Virus record (IMG/VR): IMGVR_UViG_3300045988_142085
Location: 1 to 64,000 of that record
DNA from: a virus
Length of the DNA: 64,000 nt
Strand: one strand, 5' to 3'
The notes below the pieces were generated by a model that saw nothing but the letters and a program-made list of their open reading frames with translations, made no database searches and was not told the DNA's origin. Position numbers and translations under genes: made by a program. This document shows, piece by piece, positions 46,811 to 56,061 of the stretch (positions within the stretch are counted from its first letter, which is position 1; each line of letters begins with the position of its first letter).

Positions 46811-47650
46811 CTAAAAATCGACCATTGTCAATTTTTTGTTTTGTTTTTTAATAAAATTCTTTAATCGAACATTTTCTTGATTAAGGTCTTTTGCTAAAGA
46901 TATTAAAGTATCTACTTTAGACTGAATATCTTCGTTATTTTTAATATATTTATTAACCAACTCGGAGAGCTGAGCGACTTCTTTTTTAAGCCGTTCATTT
47001 TCTAATTGATACATATTAAGTTCGGCTTTAATGTTATTTTTCTTAGAGCCAGACTTAATAATTTGTTGTAAATTATAAGAAATTGCTTGCCTCGATACTC
47101 CGTATTGACTAGCGATATATTCTAAAGTGTGTCCTTTCAAATAAAGCTCGCTGCGCTTCTTTCGAACAGGATCTAAAGAATTTAAGTCGACATATTTCAT
47201 TCGATCTTTTCTTTCTTTAAGCTCTTTCTTAGAACAAATGTCTTGTTCTGAAAGTTTTTGTTTGCATTTTAAACAAACATTGCCTTTACTGTTTGGCCCA
47301 AGCAAAGTACCACACTCTTTACAGTATTTAGATTCTTTTTTATATTTAACAACAAGATTATCTAAATTAGTATTCTTATTGTCGCCATCTTTAAAGCTAA
47401 TAGAATATATCGGCTTTCCTTCGGCTAAAAAAGCTTTAGCTTTTAAATGAGACACAGCAAAACGTTTATTATCTGAACTTCTCATTACGACGTAGCCACG
47501 TCGCGGATCATAAGTTCCTTTATTGACGGTATAACCAAAATGATTGGTAAATTGTACTATTTTATCACGATAAACATAGAAACCATCGACAATGATACAA
47601 TCTCCATTTTCAAGATCGTCATTAACCTGTAATGATGTTAATCTAAACAT
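46811..47650 (-). CDS. homing-endonuclease-related DNA-binding protein (NUMOD/HNH-like N-terminus lacking the catalytic HNN, zinc ribbon, HTH, coiled coil)
   Basis: N-terminus ...YTVNKGTYDPRRGYVVMRSSDNKRFAVSHLKAKAFL resembles the DNA-recognition part of the HNH endonuclease at 17025..17762. Zinc ribbon CKECG...CLKC; HTH LEYIASQYGVSRQAISYNLQQI. Free-standing, not inside an intron. Confidence 0.4.
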   Translation of the reverse strand: MFRLTSLQVNDDLENGDCIIVDGFYVYRDKIVQFTNHFGYTVNKGTYDPRRGYVVMRSSDNKRFAVSHLKAKAFLAEGKPIYSISFKDGDNKNTNLDNLVVKYKKESKYCKECGTLLGPNSKGNVCLKCKQKLSEQDICSKKELKERKDRMKYVDLNSLDPVRKKRSELYLKGHTLEYIASQYGVSRQAISYNLQQIIKSGSKKNNIKAELNMYQLENERLKKEVAQLSELVNKYIKNNEDIQSKVDTLISLAKDLNQENVRLKNFIKKQNKKLTMVDF

Positions 47651-47883
47651 TGCTTCACCCCGTCATAATATTCTTTCGGTGTAATGCCTCGAATATATTT
47701 ATAAATAATACTATGCTTAATTGCTTTATTAAGCTCTTTAATTCTCTTATCGTCTAGATTAGTTAAGTCAGACCAAGATACTTTTAAATAACGAGTAATT
47801 CTACATTCTTTTACTATATAGTAGAAAGAAATTTCTTGGCCGACAGTTTTACTAATTATCGATACATTATTTAACTTATCCAT
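47638..47883 (-). CDS. hypothetical protein
   Basis: 81-aa ORF. Confidence 0.35.
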   Translation of the reverse strand: MDKLNNVSIISKTVGQEISFYYIVKECRITRYLKVSWSDLTNLDDKRIKELNKAIKHSIIYKYIRGITPKEYYDGVKQCLD

Positions 47884-48100
47884 TAGATCTCTTTTCCATT
47901 TCTAGCATATTATTATAATCAAATTCGTCGTAAGTATTCAACGCTACCCCGAGAATTGTATCTAGTTTATTCTTAATATGAAAATAAGCAGGATCATGGA
48001 TTTTAGCATAATAGTCTTTTTTGTGCTCTTCATTTAACCAGTCTAATAGATTAGCAGAAATGTTCTCGATAATTTCTAGACGAGTTTCTTTATTTGCCAT
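47876..48100 (-). CDS. hypothetical protein
   Basis: 74-aa ORF. Confidence 0.35.
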   Translation of the reverse strand: MANKETRLEIIENISANLLDWLNEEHKKDYYAKIHDPAYFHIKNKLDTILGVALNTYDEFDYNNMLEMEKRSNG

Positions 48101-48915
48101 TATCTTAATCTTCCTCGATATTTAAACTTAATAGGAACGAGATCGTATTTCATAAATGGGCGAATATGCCCTTCTAGTCTTAACGCTTTTTGTCGATTTC
48201 GAATTCTACCAAAACTATAGTCACTAATTTCTAAATAACGAGATGTGCTAAAATATGGAGACGGCCATGTCCAAGATTCCCATAAAAATTTTTCTTTTTC
48301 ATATTTATTATTTAAAGTTTTAAATACTTCAAAGAAATCGTTATATAGTTTTTGTTTCTCTAACACATCACATTCAACTGGTTCACCATTAGGATATGTA
48401 TAAGCACTGTCAATATCTTCTAAGCTATCAGAATTAGTGCCGTATTCAGCTCCGATAACGATAATATATTTATCGTTAGTTTCTTTATCGGTAATGATAT
48501 ATTTACATAGACGACCATCATAATTTTTAATGCCGGGAGTTTCTGTCGTCATGATAATATGAATATCTTCATTTTCATATTCGATAGTATATTCTTTTTT
48601 ATCACGATATTTTAACCATACAATACTACAGTCTCGATTAAGCAGACTATCTAAACGATTCGGAATTAAAAGTTTATTTTGATGATCTATCAAGGTTAAA
48701 AAGCAACAATCATCTTTTAATACGGATAGAACAAAGTTTTTTCCAAAAACTGCTCCATGTCCATCGACAAGCCTAGCATCTTTATTAAAAGCTTTTACAG
48801 AATATCCTTTTTCTTTTAAAGAGTTGATATATTCTCTAGCTTTATTATTTTGATCTCTTGGTAGCAATAGCTCATCATTTTTCCAAATGTAACAGCCGTA
48901 ATCAATAAATGCCAT
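48100..48915 (-). CDS. hypothetical protein
   Basis: 271-aa ORF. Confidence 0.45.
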   Translation of the reverse strand: MAFIDYGCYIWKNDELLLPRDQNNKAREYINSLKEKGYSVKAFNKDARLVDGHGAVFGKNFVLSVLKDDCCFLTLIDHQNKLLIPNRLDSLLNRDCSIVWLKYRDKKEYTIEYENEDIHIIMTTETPGIKNYDGRLCKYIITDKETNDKYIIVIGAEYGTNSDSLEDIDSAYTYPNGEPVECDVLEKQKLYNDFFEVFKTLNNKYEKEKFLWESWTWPSPYFSTSRYLEISDYSFGRIRNRQKALRLEGHIRPFMKYDLVPIKFKYRGRLR

Positions 48916-48930
48916 TATATAACCTCCTTT

Positions 48931-49173
48931 CTAATATCCTAATAAAACTACTGTTATTTTTGTTATCAATATAATTAAAGCAAATATAATTAAAATAGTT
49001 AAAAATCCAAAAGATAATATCATTACAGCAATTGTTAATCTTCTTAAATATTTAAATGCTAAATTTTTATCAGCTTTTTCTTTATCGATAAAAAGATAGA
49101 ATAAATTTGAAAGTAATCCAATTAAAAAGATTATTAAGGATCCTGGAATAACAATTTGATTAGGATCTAACAT
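48931..49173 (-). CDS. small membrane protein
   Basis: 80 aa with two hydrophobic helices. Confidence 0.35.
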   Translation of the reverse strand: MLDPNQIVIPGSLIIFLIGLLSNLFYLFIDKEKADKNLAFKYLRRLTIAVMILSFGFLTILIIFALIILITKITVVLLGY

Positions 49174-49475
49174 GTTTCACCACCTGTTTTCTTTAGTTCT
49201 CTATACTTTCTTCGCCAATTTAAATTATGGCTTCTTTCTCGTATAATACAATGAGCCAGTTCGTGAATAAAAGTATCTTCGATTTCACCGGCATCGAAAT
49301 TAATATTAATAATAGCTGGACCATTCTCGAAGAATATAGATTCTCCGTATACAGAATCTTTTTTAGTCTCTCCGATCATAACCTCAAGATCACAGCTATT
49401 TTTATATTTTTCAGCAATATGTTGAAACTCTTTTATTCGTTTTTTTCTTAATTTATGATCGTAATATATTTCCAT
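49167..49475 (-). CDS. small HExxH zinc-metallopeptidase-like protein (ImmA/IrrE or SprT-like)
   Basis: FIHELAHCIIRERSHN contains HExxH. It sits adjacent to an XRE-family HTH protein. Confidence 0.35.
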   Translation of the reverse strand: MEIYYDHKLRKKRIKEFQHIAEKYKNSCDLEVMIGETKKDSVYGESIFFENGPAIININFDAGEIEDTFIHELAHCIIRERSHNLNWRRKYRELKKTGGETC

Positions 49476-49515
49476 TATTTTTTACATAAAAAAAGACGAC
49501 CCACAAAGGGTCGCC

Positions 49516-49839
49516 TTAATCATAACCTACTAATTTATTGATACTATTTTTTATTCTCAAAGGAAACTTATCTAAAATTAACTGACTATATTTGTATGCT
49601 TTATACTCCCAGAAGATATCATGCCATTCTCTGTATGGTACTTTAGTTAGTAAACTTAATTTAGCTAACATACTGAATGGCATATCTTTTTTACAATTAC
49701 AAATTTTATTTAATTCTAATGGGCTAATATTTAATAGCTTAGAAAAATCTTTAACGGTATATCCACAAGATTTAATATATTCATTAAGAATTGATCCGGG
49801 ATTAATTACTTGACACATTATTTTTGGTACGCTGTCCAC
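49516..49839 (-). CDS. XRE-family helix-turn-helix transcriptional regulator
   Basis: YTVKDFSKLLNISPLELNKICNCKKDMPFSMLAKLSLL has the HTH_XRE pattern. Confidence 0.5.
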   Translation of the reverse strand: MDSVPKIMCQVINPGSILNEYIKSCGYTVKDFSKLLNISPLELNKICNCKKDMPFSMLAKLSLLTKVPYREWHDIFWEYKAYKYSQLILDKFPLRIKNSINKLVGYD

Positions 49840-50447
49840 ATGATAGTTCCACCATCAATATGGCCAGGGTTCATATCTTTAGTATGCACAATACCTTCGA
49901 CACGCTTATATTGAACACCGTAGTTAACATAAGCTTTATTATCGAGATATGTTGCACCGACTTTAACTTTTAATTTCTTTTCATGATTAATCTTGTAGAC
50001 ATCGACAGATTTTTCTTCTTCGATAATTTTAGTTTCGTCAGATTTTTCTTGAATTTTAGATTGAGTATCTTGAGAAATATAATTTGAACGTCCGCCACGA
50101 GCAACTTGTTGAACTTCTTTAACGACAGTTACAGGTTGTTCTCCTTGAATATATTGTGTTCGAACAATTTCTTGTACAATAGGAGTACTACGTTGAGAGA
50201 TTAAATCTCGACGTTCATTTTCAAATTTTAGCTTAGCGCCACCAGTTAATCGTGCTTGGTCTTCTAAACTATAAGTCGTAACATGGTATTTATCGTCATA
50301 ATATTTTTCTTGTAATTGATCGTATTTCTGTTTAAGACTTACTCCCCATGTAAGGACAGCAACAAAAACAATAATAATTGCTAAACACGCAAATACAAGC
50401 TTCTTATGTTCTTTAATCCACGTTACAAAAGAAGTAAATGTAAACAT
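49818..50447 (-). CDS. membrane-anchored protein (N-terminal transmembrane segment plus coiled coil); an i-spanin-like lysis or envelope protein is possible
   Basis: MFTFTSFVTWIKEHKKLVFACLAIIIVFVAVLTWGVSL followed by a charged coiled coil. Confidence 0.4.
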   Translation of the reverse strand: MFTFTSFVTWIKEHKKLVFACLAIIIVFVAVLTWGVSLKQKYDQLQEKYYDDKYHVTTYSLEDQARLTGGAKLKFENERRDLISQRSTPIVQEIVRTQYIQGEQPVTVVKEVQQVARGGRSNYISQDTQSKIQEKSDETKIIEEEKSVDVYKINHEKKLKVKVGATYLDNKAYVNYGVQYKRVEGIVHTKDMNPGHIDGGTIMWTAYQK

Positions 50448-50512
50448 AATTCTAATCCTTATTTAAATAAAATTTAAACTTTATCATAAGCACTATGTAT
50501 ATTACCAATGAA

Positions 50513-52348
50513 TTAGAATACGTCGTTTAACTCGTTTACTTTTTCGACTTTAGGAGTTTCACTGTTATAAGATTTAAATACTTTATATTCGGCCGGGATT
50601 TCTTTAACAAAACGGCTTGGTTGCATACGTTTAGGCACACCACCAATAACACAATAATTAAAGTAACTAATCATTAGCATTTCTTTCGCACGAGTCATCG
50701 CTACATACCATAGGCGACGTTCTTCTTCGATGCCGTGTGGTTCGTCGTAAGAGAACATATGCGGGAATAGACTTTCATTGCCACCGATAATGAAGACAGC
50801 TTCAAACTCTAATCCTTTAGAGGCATGAATAGTCATCATGCTTACTGCATTTTTCTCTTCGTCGATTTCGACGTCCAAGCTAGTGGACATAGTTGCTTCA
50901 AGAACTTCCGGGATTGTTTCGAAAGCATCGGCAACACGAATTAATTCGCGAACGTTAACCATGCGCTCCATAGTATTGCCATATACTGGAGCAACATGAG
51001 ACTCTTGATAATTAAATAATTCTAAGTATTTACGAATGATAAGACCAGGTAATACATTTTCTTCGGCATAAGCTTTAAGTTCATTCCATTTAGATAAAAA
51101 TGTTTTCACGCCGGCATATGCTTTACCTTTAATATCGTTAAGATTAGAATTGGCTTTATTTAACACATTATTAGATTCCCCTACCATTAATTTATTAAAA
51201 GTAGCTTCACCGATACCGGCTTTAGGAATATTAATAATACGTTCTAATGCTTCTTCATCGCATTCATTTAATAATAATCTTAATACACATAACAAGTCTT
51301 TAACTTCTTTACGAGTACAGAATTGCACACCAGAAATTAAATCGTATGGGATAGCATTACGTAAGAAAGCTTTTTCTACTAGATCAAATTGTTTCTTAGT
51401 ACGAGCCAAGATAGCAATATCTTTATAATCAAAACCATTGCGTAATAAAGATTTAATACCGCGAACGATATAGTTAGCTTCATCTTTATCGGATTTAACT
51501 TCTTTAATAAATACAGGAGCACCTTTTTCTTGCTCAGAGAAGGCTTTTTTGTCGATAATCTTAGGATTGTTATCGACAACAGCATTGCTAGCTTCTACGA
51601 TAGTGGACGTAGAGCGATAGTTTTGTTCCAATACATATTGCTCGAAACCATCATCAACAAGAGACTGACATAAAAAATCAATATCAGCACCACGAAATGC
51701 ATAAATACTTTGATTATTATCCATTACTGCGCATAAATTACCATTCTCACGAATGATCCAATTGATATATTCCCAATCTTTACGCCCAGAATCTTGAAAT
51801 TCGTCAGCTATGACATATGTATATTTATTCCAAACATATTCCTGAACTTCGCTATACTTACTAATTAATTCTAAACCATAATTTGCTAAATCGCCGAAAT
51901 CCATCATATTATCGTTACGAAGTTTTTGTTGATATTTTTCGTAAACTAAAAATACTGTGAAGTGATCGTTTTGAATTATTTTATCGTTACGAGCAACGTC
52001 GACTGTAATACCGTGAGTTTTCCAGTCAGGAATTTGAGTTTTTGCGATATCGTATAACTTAGAATTTTTACCGCAAAACTCTTTAATAATTTTTTCTGTA
52101 TCGTCGCTATCTGCAATAGTAAAATTCTTTTCGTAGCCAACAAGATGAGCGAAACGACGAAGTAGCATAGAACTGAAAGCATGATATGTACAAATTGTAA
52201 CGGCCTTAGCTTGCGGGCCAATTTTGGCGATCATACGCTCTTTCATTTCCATTGCAGCTTTACGAGTAAAAGTAAACATAAGGATAGAACCAGGATTAAT
52301 ACCTTGTTCGATCATATATGCTGTACGAGTAACGATAGTGCTAGTTTT
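50513..52348 (-). CDS. uvrD: UvrD/PcrA/Rep-family SF1 DNA helicase, exon 2
   Basis: Starts KTSTIVTRTAYMIEQGINPGSILMFTFTRKAAMEMKERM (motifs I and Ia). Later motifs present: DEFQD-type VIADEFQDSGR, and the C-terminal ...MTIHASKGLEFEAVFI...YVAMTRAKE. Confidence 0.85.
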   Translation of the reverse strand, partial: KTSTIVTRTAYMIEQGINPGSILMFTFTRKAAMEMKERMIAKIGPQAKAVTICTYHAFSSMLLRRFAHLVGYEKNFTIADSDDTEKIIKEFCGKNSKLYDIAKTQIPDWKTHGITVDVARNDKIIQNDHFTVFLVYEKYQQKLRNDNMMDFGDLANYGLELISKYSEVQEYVWNKYTYVIADEFQDSGRKDWEYINWIIRENGNLCAVMDNNQSIYAFRGADIDFLCQSLVDDGFEQYVLEQNYRSTSTIVEASNAVVDNNPKIIDKKAFSEQEKGAPVFIKEVKSDKDEANYIVRGIKSLLRNGFDYKDIAILARTKKQFDLVEKAFLRNAIPYDLISGVQFCTRKEVKDLLCVLRLLLNECDEEALERIINIPKAGIGEATFNKLMVGESNNVLNKANSNLNDIKGKAYAGVKTFLSKWNELKAYAEENVLPGLIIRKYLELFNYQESHVAPVYGNTMERMVNVRELIRVADAFETIPEVLEATMSTSLDVEIDEEKNAVSMMTIHASKGLEFEAVFIIGGNESLFPHMFSYDEPHGIEEERRLWYVAMTRAKEMLMISYFNYCVIGGVPKRMQPSRFVKEIPAEYKVFKSYNSETPKVEKVNELNDVF

Positions 52349-52692
52349 CAGATAGTTATTATCGCTGAGCTTTTTATCTCAGCCTCTGGAGATTTCTCTC
52401 ATTTTCATCGACTAGTCAGTTCTAGTCCAGCTTAGCGTACCTTTTCATCTCTTCCTAAATAGGACAAAAGTCTAAACAAGTGATGGGGCCTCTTGGAGAT
52501 ATTATATTCTTTATTTAAATAAAGGTTCAATCTCTACGCGTTGCGCCTGTTAATAATTTTAACTATTAACTTCGGTCTCTGATTAGCATATGTTTTTACA
52601 CTTAGCCTTCCAGTTTAATTCCCCATTAATAATCTAAGATCTTCGTTTAGAAGTTGATCTTAGACGGCAATAAATTTTTATAAAATTTCTTT
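52349..52692 (-). ncRNA. self-splicing intron (group I-like, second family, ORF-less, 344 nt) splitting the uvrD Walker A codons
   Basis: Exon 1 ends ...NAGAGSG (GGU) and exon 2 starts KTSTIVTRTAY, which restores GAGSGKT. The 5' exon ends in U and the intron ends in G. Long blocks are shared with the AAA-ATPase intron, including a P-like CUGGAAGGCUAAG. Confidence 0.65.
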
Positions 52693-52788
52693 ACCAGATC
52701 CAGCACCTGCATTAACGATAAATTTACCTTCAAATTTCTTCGCGACAGGCAGTTGTTGTTCATTTAAATTTTTTAATAATTCTGACAT
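52693..52788 (-). CDS. uvrD: UvrD helicase, exon 1
   Basis: MSELLKNLNEQQLPVAKKFEGKFIVNAGAGSG with an SD AGGAGG-like sequence upstream; too short to appear in the ORF track. Confidence 0.7.
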
Positions 52789-52903
52789 AGTATAATCCTC
52801 TCTAAATATTTTAATTACTTAGGCATACATCTTATTATATTATAGGCCATATGCCTAAATAATTAAAGCCGATAGAAATTAATCTATCGGCTCTTATAAT
52901 ATA

Positions 52904-53134
52904 TTAAATATTGTTAATGAATTCAGGTACACCATCATAGAATTCTTTTTTCTTAGAATCTTCTTCGGTTTTACCGTTCAACATAATTTTTTGAATTTCT
53001 TCTTGACAAGTTTGACCTACAAAACCTTGAGTTTCATATTCAACAGTACCGTCAGCCTTAATAGTAACTTCGATTTTTTTCATTTGAAAACCTCCTAAAA
53101 ATAAAATAGCGGGGAACGAGTCCCCGCATATCAT
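52904..53134 (-). CDS. hypothetical small protein
   Basis: 76-aa ORF. Confidence 0.35.
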   Translation of the reverse strand: MICGDSFPAILFLGGFQMKKIEVTIKADGTVEYETQGFVGQTCQEEIQKIMLNGKTEEDSKKKEFYDGVPEFINNI

Positions 53135-53135
53135 T
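53098..53135 (-). terminator. intrinsic terminator
   Basis: GCGGGGACTCGTTCCCCGC followed by TATTTTATTTTTAG on the minus strand, downstream of 53146..53562. Confidence 0.55.
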
Positions 53136-53145
53136 ATTTAAATTA

Positions 53146-53562
53146 TTATGCCAAGCATTCCAATTTAATTTCTTGGTTACTTTGAGCAATGATATTAACC
53201 ATATAACCAGCAGAACGAGCAGCTTTAACTACTTTATAAGAGTTATAGATCATACCAAGCTTTTCACTAAATTGTTTAATATTAGTGCCAGAACCATAGA
53301 AATCACCACGAACTTCAACAGAAAAATCATCGTTAAATACGAGACCTACATGAGCTTTATGATTGCGATCATGGAAAGATACAGTAGCATTAACTTCACG
53401 TTGGTCACGAGGAATAACGATCATACCAGAAGCATCGAGAGTTTTACCGTCGAAATCGATATCGAAGTCTTTATTAAATTCTTTGTCCATCATTGCTTCC
53501 ATGAAATCTTTGCGAGATACATCTTTAAGAGTTTCTACTTTTTGTTTTAAATATTGAGACAT
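53146..53562 (-). CDS. hypothetical protein
   Basis: 138-aa ORF. Confidence 0.45.
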   Translation of the reverse strand: MSQYLKQKVETLKDVSRKDFMEAMMDKEFNKDFDIDFDGKTLDASGMIVIPRDQREVNATVSFHDRNHKAHVGLVFNDDFSVEVRGDFYGSGTNIKQFSEKLGMIYNSYKVVKAARSAGYMVNIIAQSNQEIKLECLA

Positions 53563-53626
53563 TATAATGTCCTCCTTTGAAAAATGTATAGATATCTATA
53601 TGCAAACGGCGACATGCCGTAATTGC

Positions 53627-53995
53627 TTAACTATTCTTACGAACAAATTCAAATTCTTTAGGAAAATATTTCTTAATGAATTCTTTTTTAACTGTATTTC
53701 TAATGTTTTCACTGTCAACACTATTATAATGCGGATTGCCAGGCGTGTCAAGAAATATGTTATTAACACTAGACAATAGATCGACTAAAGTACTATATAC
53801 AGGAACTGTTTGCTCAGTTAAGACTTTAAAATCTGAAATATTCTGAAGACAAATATTAACGTCTCGAATTAAGATATCGAGCTCTTTTTTCATTTGTTCT
53901 TCCGCTTTTTTATCTAACTTTTCAAACAGTAATTCTGCCTTTTTGCGATTACTTATTTGTCGATTACTATTAGGATCGAAAGTAACGATTGCCAA
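53627..53995 (-). CDS. hypothetical protein
   Basis: 122-aa ORF. Confidence 0.4.
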   Translation of the reverse strand: MAIVTFDPNSNRQISNRKKAELLFEKLDKKAEEQMKKELDILIRDVNICLQNISDFKVLTEQTVPVYSTLVDLLSSVNNIFLDTPGNPHYNSVDSENIRNTVKKEFIKKYFPKEFEFVRKNS

Positions 53996-54009
53996 ATTAA
54001 AAATCCTTT

Positions 54010-54549
54010 CTATTCAGTTAAATAATTAGATTTGCTAGACTTTTTTACTGGCTCGAGTAAGCTCGCTTTCTTTTCACTTGCATATACTGCAAATTTACGA
54101 GCATGTTCTTCGAGTGCTGCAATAGAATCAGAAGAACTTTTAGCTACAGGAACAATTGTCATTACGGCTTCTTCGATAAGACCTTGAGTAACTTCTTTAC
54201 GGTCATTAACGAATAATACGCGTTGAAGATTAATGATAGTTTGTTCGATCTCAGCACCAGTAAAACGATCGATAGCATTAACGAGATATTCTAAATCTGC
54301 TTTAGATTTGAATTTCAAGCCATATTTTTTAATATAAATAGATAGGATTTCTTGAGCTTCTTCATTATTAGGGATAGAGAAGTACCATTGAGTATCTAGA
54401 CGACCAGCACGCATTAATTCTGGAGGCAACTTGGTGATATCATTACTAGTGAATACAGAAAAGCTGTTTTCATTTTCATGCAGGAATGTCAATAAACGAC
54501 TCATTACACGAGCAAGAGTGCCAGCATCACTTTGATGGCTAGATGCATA
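54010..54549 (-). CDS. AAA+ ATPase, exon 2 (sensor 1, arginine finger, C-terminal helical lid)
   Basis: YASSHQSDAGTLARVMSRLLTFL...LPPELMRAGRLDTQWYF (compare the AAA motifs ...TLNQLLTEMDGF...ALLRPGRFD). Confidence 0.7.
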   Translation of the reverse strand, partial: YASSHQSDAGTLARVMSRLLTFLHENENSFSVFTSNDITKLPPELMRAGRLDTQWYFSIPNNEEAQEILSIYIKKYGLKFKSKADLEYLVNAIDRFTGAEIEQTIINLQRVLFVNDRKEVTQGLIEEAVMTIVPVAKSSSDSIAALEEHARKFAVYASEKKASLLEPVKKSSKSNYLTE

Positions 54550-56061
54550 CAAATGTTATTAACCTGTATATTTTTACATACAGCTCTGGAGGTTTTCCTC
54601 ATTTTCATCGATTAGTTAATTCTAATCCAGTTTAGCGTAACTTTTCACCTTAATTAAGATTCATAGGGTTGGGGCCTCTTGGTAGGATTATATCTTTTCA
54701 CCTACTACGCGTTGCGGCTGGCTTAACTTTGTTAAGCCTTCACCTCTGATTAGCATATTGTATATTAATACAACTTAGCCTTCCAGATTTTTTCCCCAAA
54801 GCTAGTCATCATCTTCTGAATCTGTTGATGACGACACGGCTATGCTATTTACAAATTGTCCTTTTTGATTTCTCATCCAAGGATGTTCTTTTTGATGGCA
54901 TTCTGTACATAATGAAAGACCATTTTTAAGATCATTAAATTCTATACTTTTAACAATGTCATCTAAATTATTATTATATTTTTGTACTATGCTATAAAGT
55001 TGTTCGATATGATGAACTATTATATCGGATCGTGATCCACATTTTTGACATGTATAATTGTCTCTTTTTAAACAAGAATTTTTCCAAATTTCATATTCTG
55101 TAGTGCTTCTTAAATAATGAGCAACTTCTGTATATGTTTCTTTTTCTTTATGTAAATATAATTTTTTATGCTCGTTACAACAAAAATGTTTTTTATGATT
55201 TTTAAATTTAGATTCTATTATTTCATATTTTTTATTACAATAATCACAAGAAACTTCAACACGTTTTTTTCGTGCCTCATGTGAACATTTACTAGAACAA
55301 TAGATATGTTTATTTTTTCCTTCAAAAAAATTTTTTAATGCGCCAATTGGCTTATTTATTTTTTCTCCGCAGAAATCACATTTTAATTCTTCTATTGTTT
55401 TTTTATTTTTTTCTTTTATATCTATTGCGTTATGATGCATACATTCTATTGAACAATATGATATATTTTGATTTCTTTTAGTTTGTTTTTTTACATAACT
55501 ATTTGGTAATTTAAATTTTTTTTGACAAAATTTACATGTAAACTCTGTAAAATTACCACGTATATCATTTTCTTTGTTGTAAATTTTGCAACATTCAGAA
55601 GAGCAGAAATAATGCTTTTTATTTTTTAATTTTTGCTGAACCTTAAATTCTTTTCCGCAACAATCACATTTTACATTTAATTGATTGCGCCCCCAATGTT
55701 TATCTTTACACTCTCGGGAACAAAATTTTATAGGTTGATTTTTTTTATTAGCATTTTTAATTTCTCGTTCACTTCTTTGAAACATATTACCACATTCAAG
55801 ACAAATATAATCATGATATACAATATTTTTATGCGCGTATTCATGCATACATTTCTTTGAACAAAATTGTGGTTCAAAATTTGGATTTTTTCTTTTTTGA
55901 AAATCAACTTCACATTTTCTTCTTTTAAAATCAGACATGCAGTTCTTGCATGCATAGTACAACCATATATTTTCTTTATTTTTCATAATTATCTCCTGTT
56001 AATATTCAGTATACATCTATATATTACAGGAGTTTCTTCAATTTGTAAATTTTAAAATTTA
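54550..56061 (-). mobile_element. self-splicing intron (same family as the uvrD intron) carrying an HNH endonuclease ORF, inserted just after the AAA Walker B region
   Basis: Exon 1 ends ...ILIDEAEKVLGG (GGU) and exon 2 starts YASSHQ. Its 5' end (UAAAUUUUAAAAUUUACAAAUUG) and its 3' 250 nt are homologous to the uvrD intron, with compensatory hairpin changes (GGAUUAG/CUAAUC versus GGACUAG/CUAGUC). Confidence 0.6.
54802..55986 (-). CDS. intron-encoded HNH endonuclease with six N-terminal Cys-rich (FCSxxC-type) zinc-finger repeats
   Basis: C-terminus CQKCGSRSDIIVHHIEQL...LCTECHQKEHP (HNHc). Repeats FCSKKCMHEY, FCSRECKDKHW, FCSSECCKIY, YCSIECMHHN, YCSSKCSHEA, FCCNEHKKLY. Confidence 0.75.
   Translation of the reverse strand: MKNKENIWLYYACKNCMSDFKRRKCEVDFQKRKNPNFEPQFCSKKCMHEYAHKNIVYHDYICLECGNMFQRSEREIKNANKKNQPIKFCSRECKDKHWGRNQLNVKCDCCGKEFKVQQKLKNKKHYFCSSECCKIYNKENDIRGNFTEFTCKFCQKKFKLPNSYVKKQTKRNQNISYCSIECMHHNAIDIKEKNKKTIEELKCDFCGEKINKPIGALKNFFEGKNKHIYCSSKCSHEARKKRVEVSCDYCNKKYEIIESKFKNHKKHFCCNEHKKLYLHKEKETYTEVAHYLRSTTEYEIWKNSCLKRDNYTCQKCGSRSDIIVHHIEQLYSIVQKYNNNLDDIVKSIEFNDLKNGLSLCTECHQKEHPWMRNQKGQFVNSIAVSSSTDSEDDD

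Noticed and set aside
52316-52680. The uvrD upstream region as a 5' UTR or promoter with UvrD starting at the track ORF start (MIEQG...)
   Set aside because: That start would leave UvrD without its Walker A. A 32-codon exon with its own SD lies upstream at 52693..52788 and completes GAGSGKT after intron removal.
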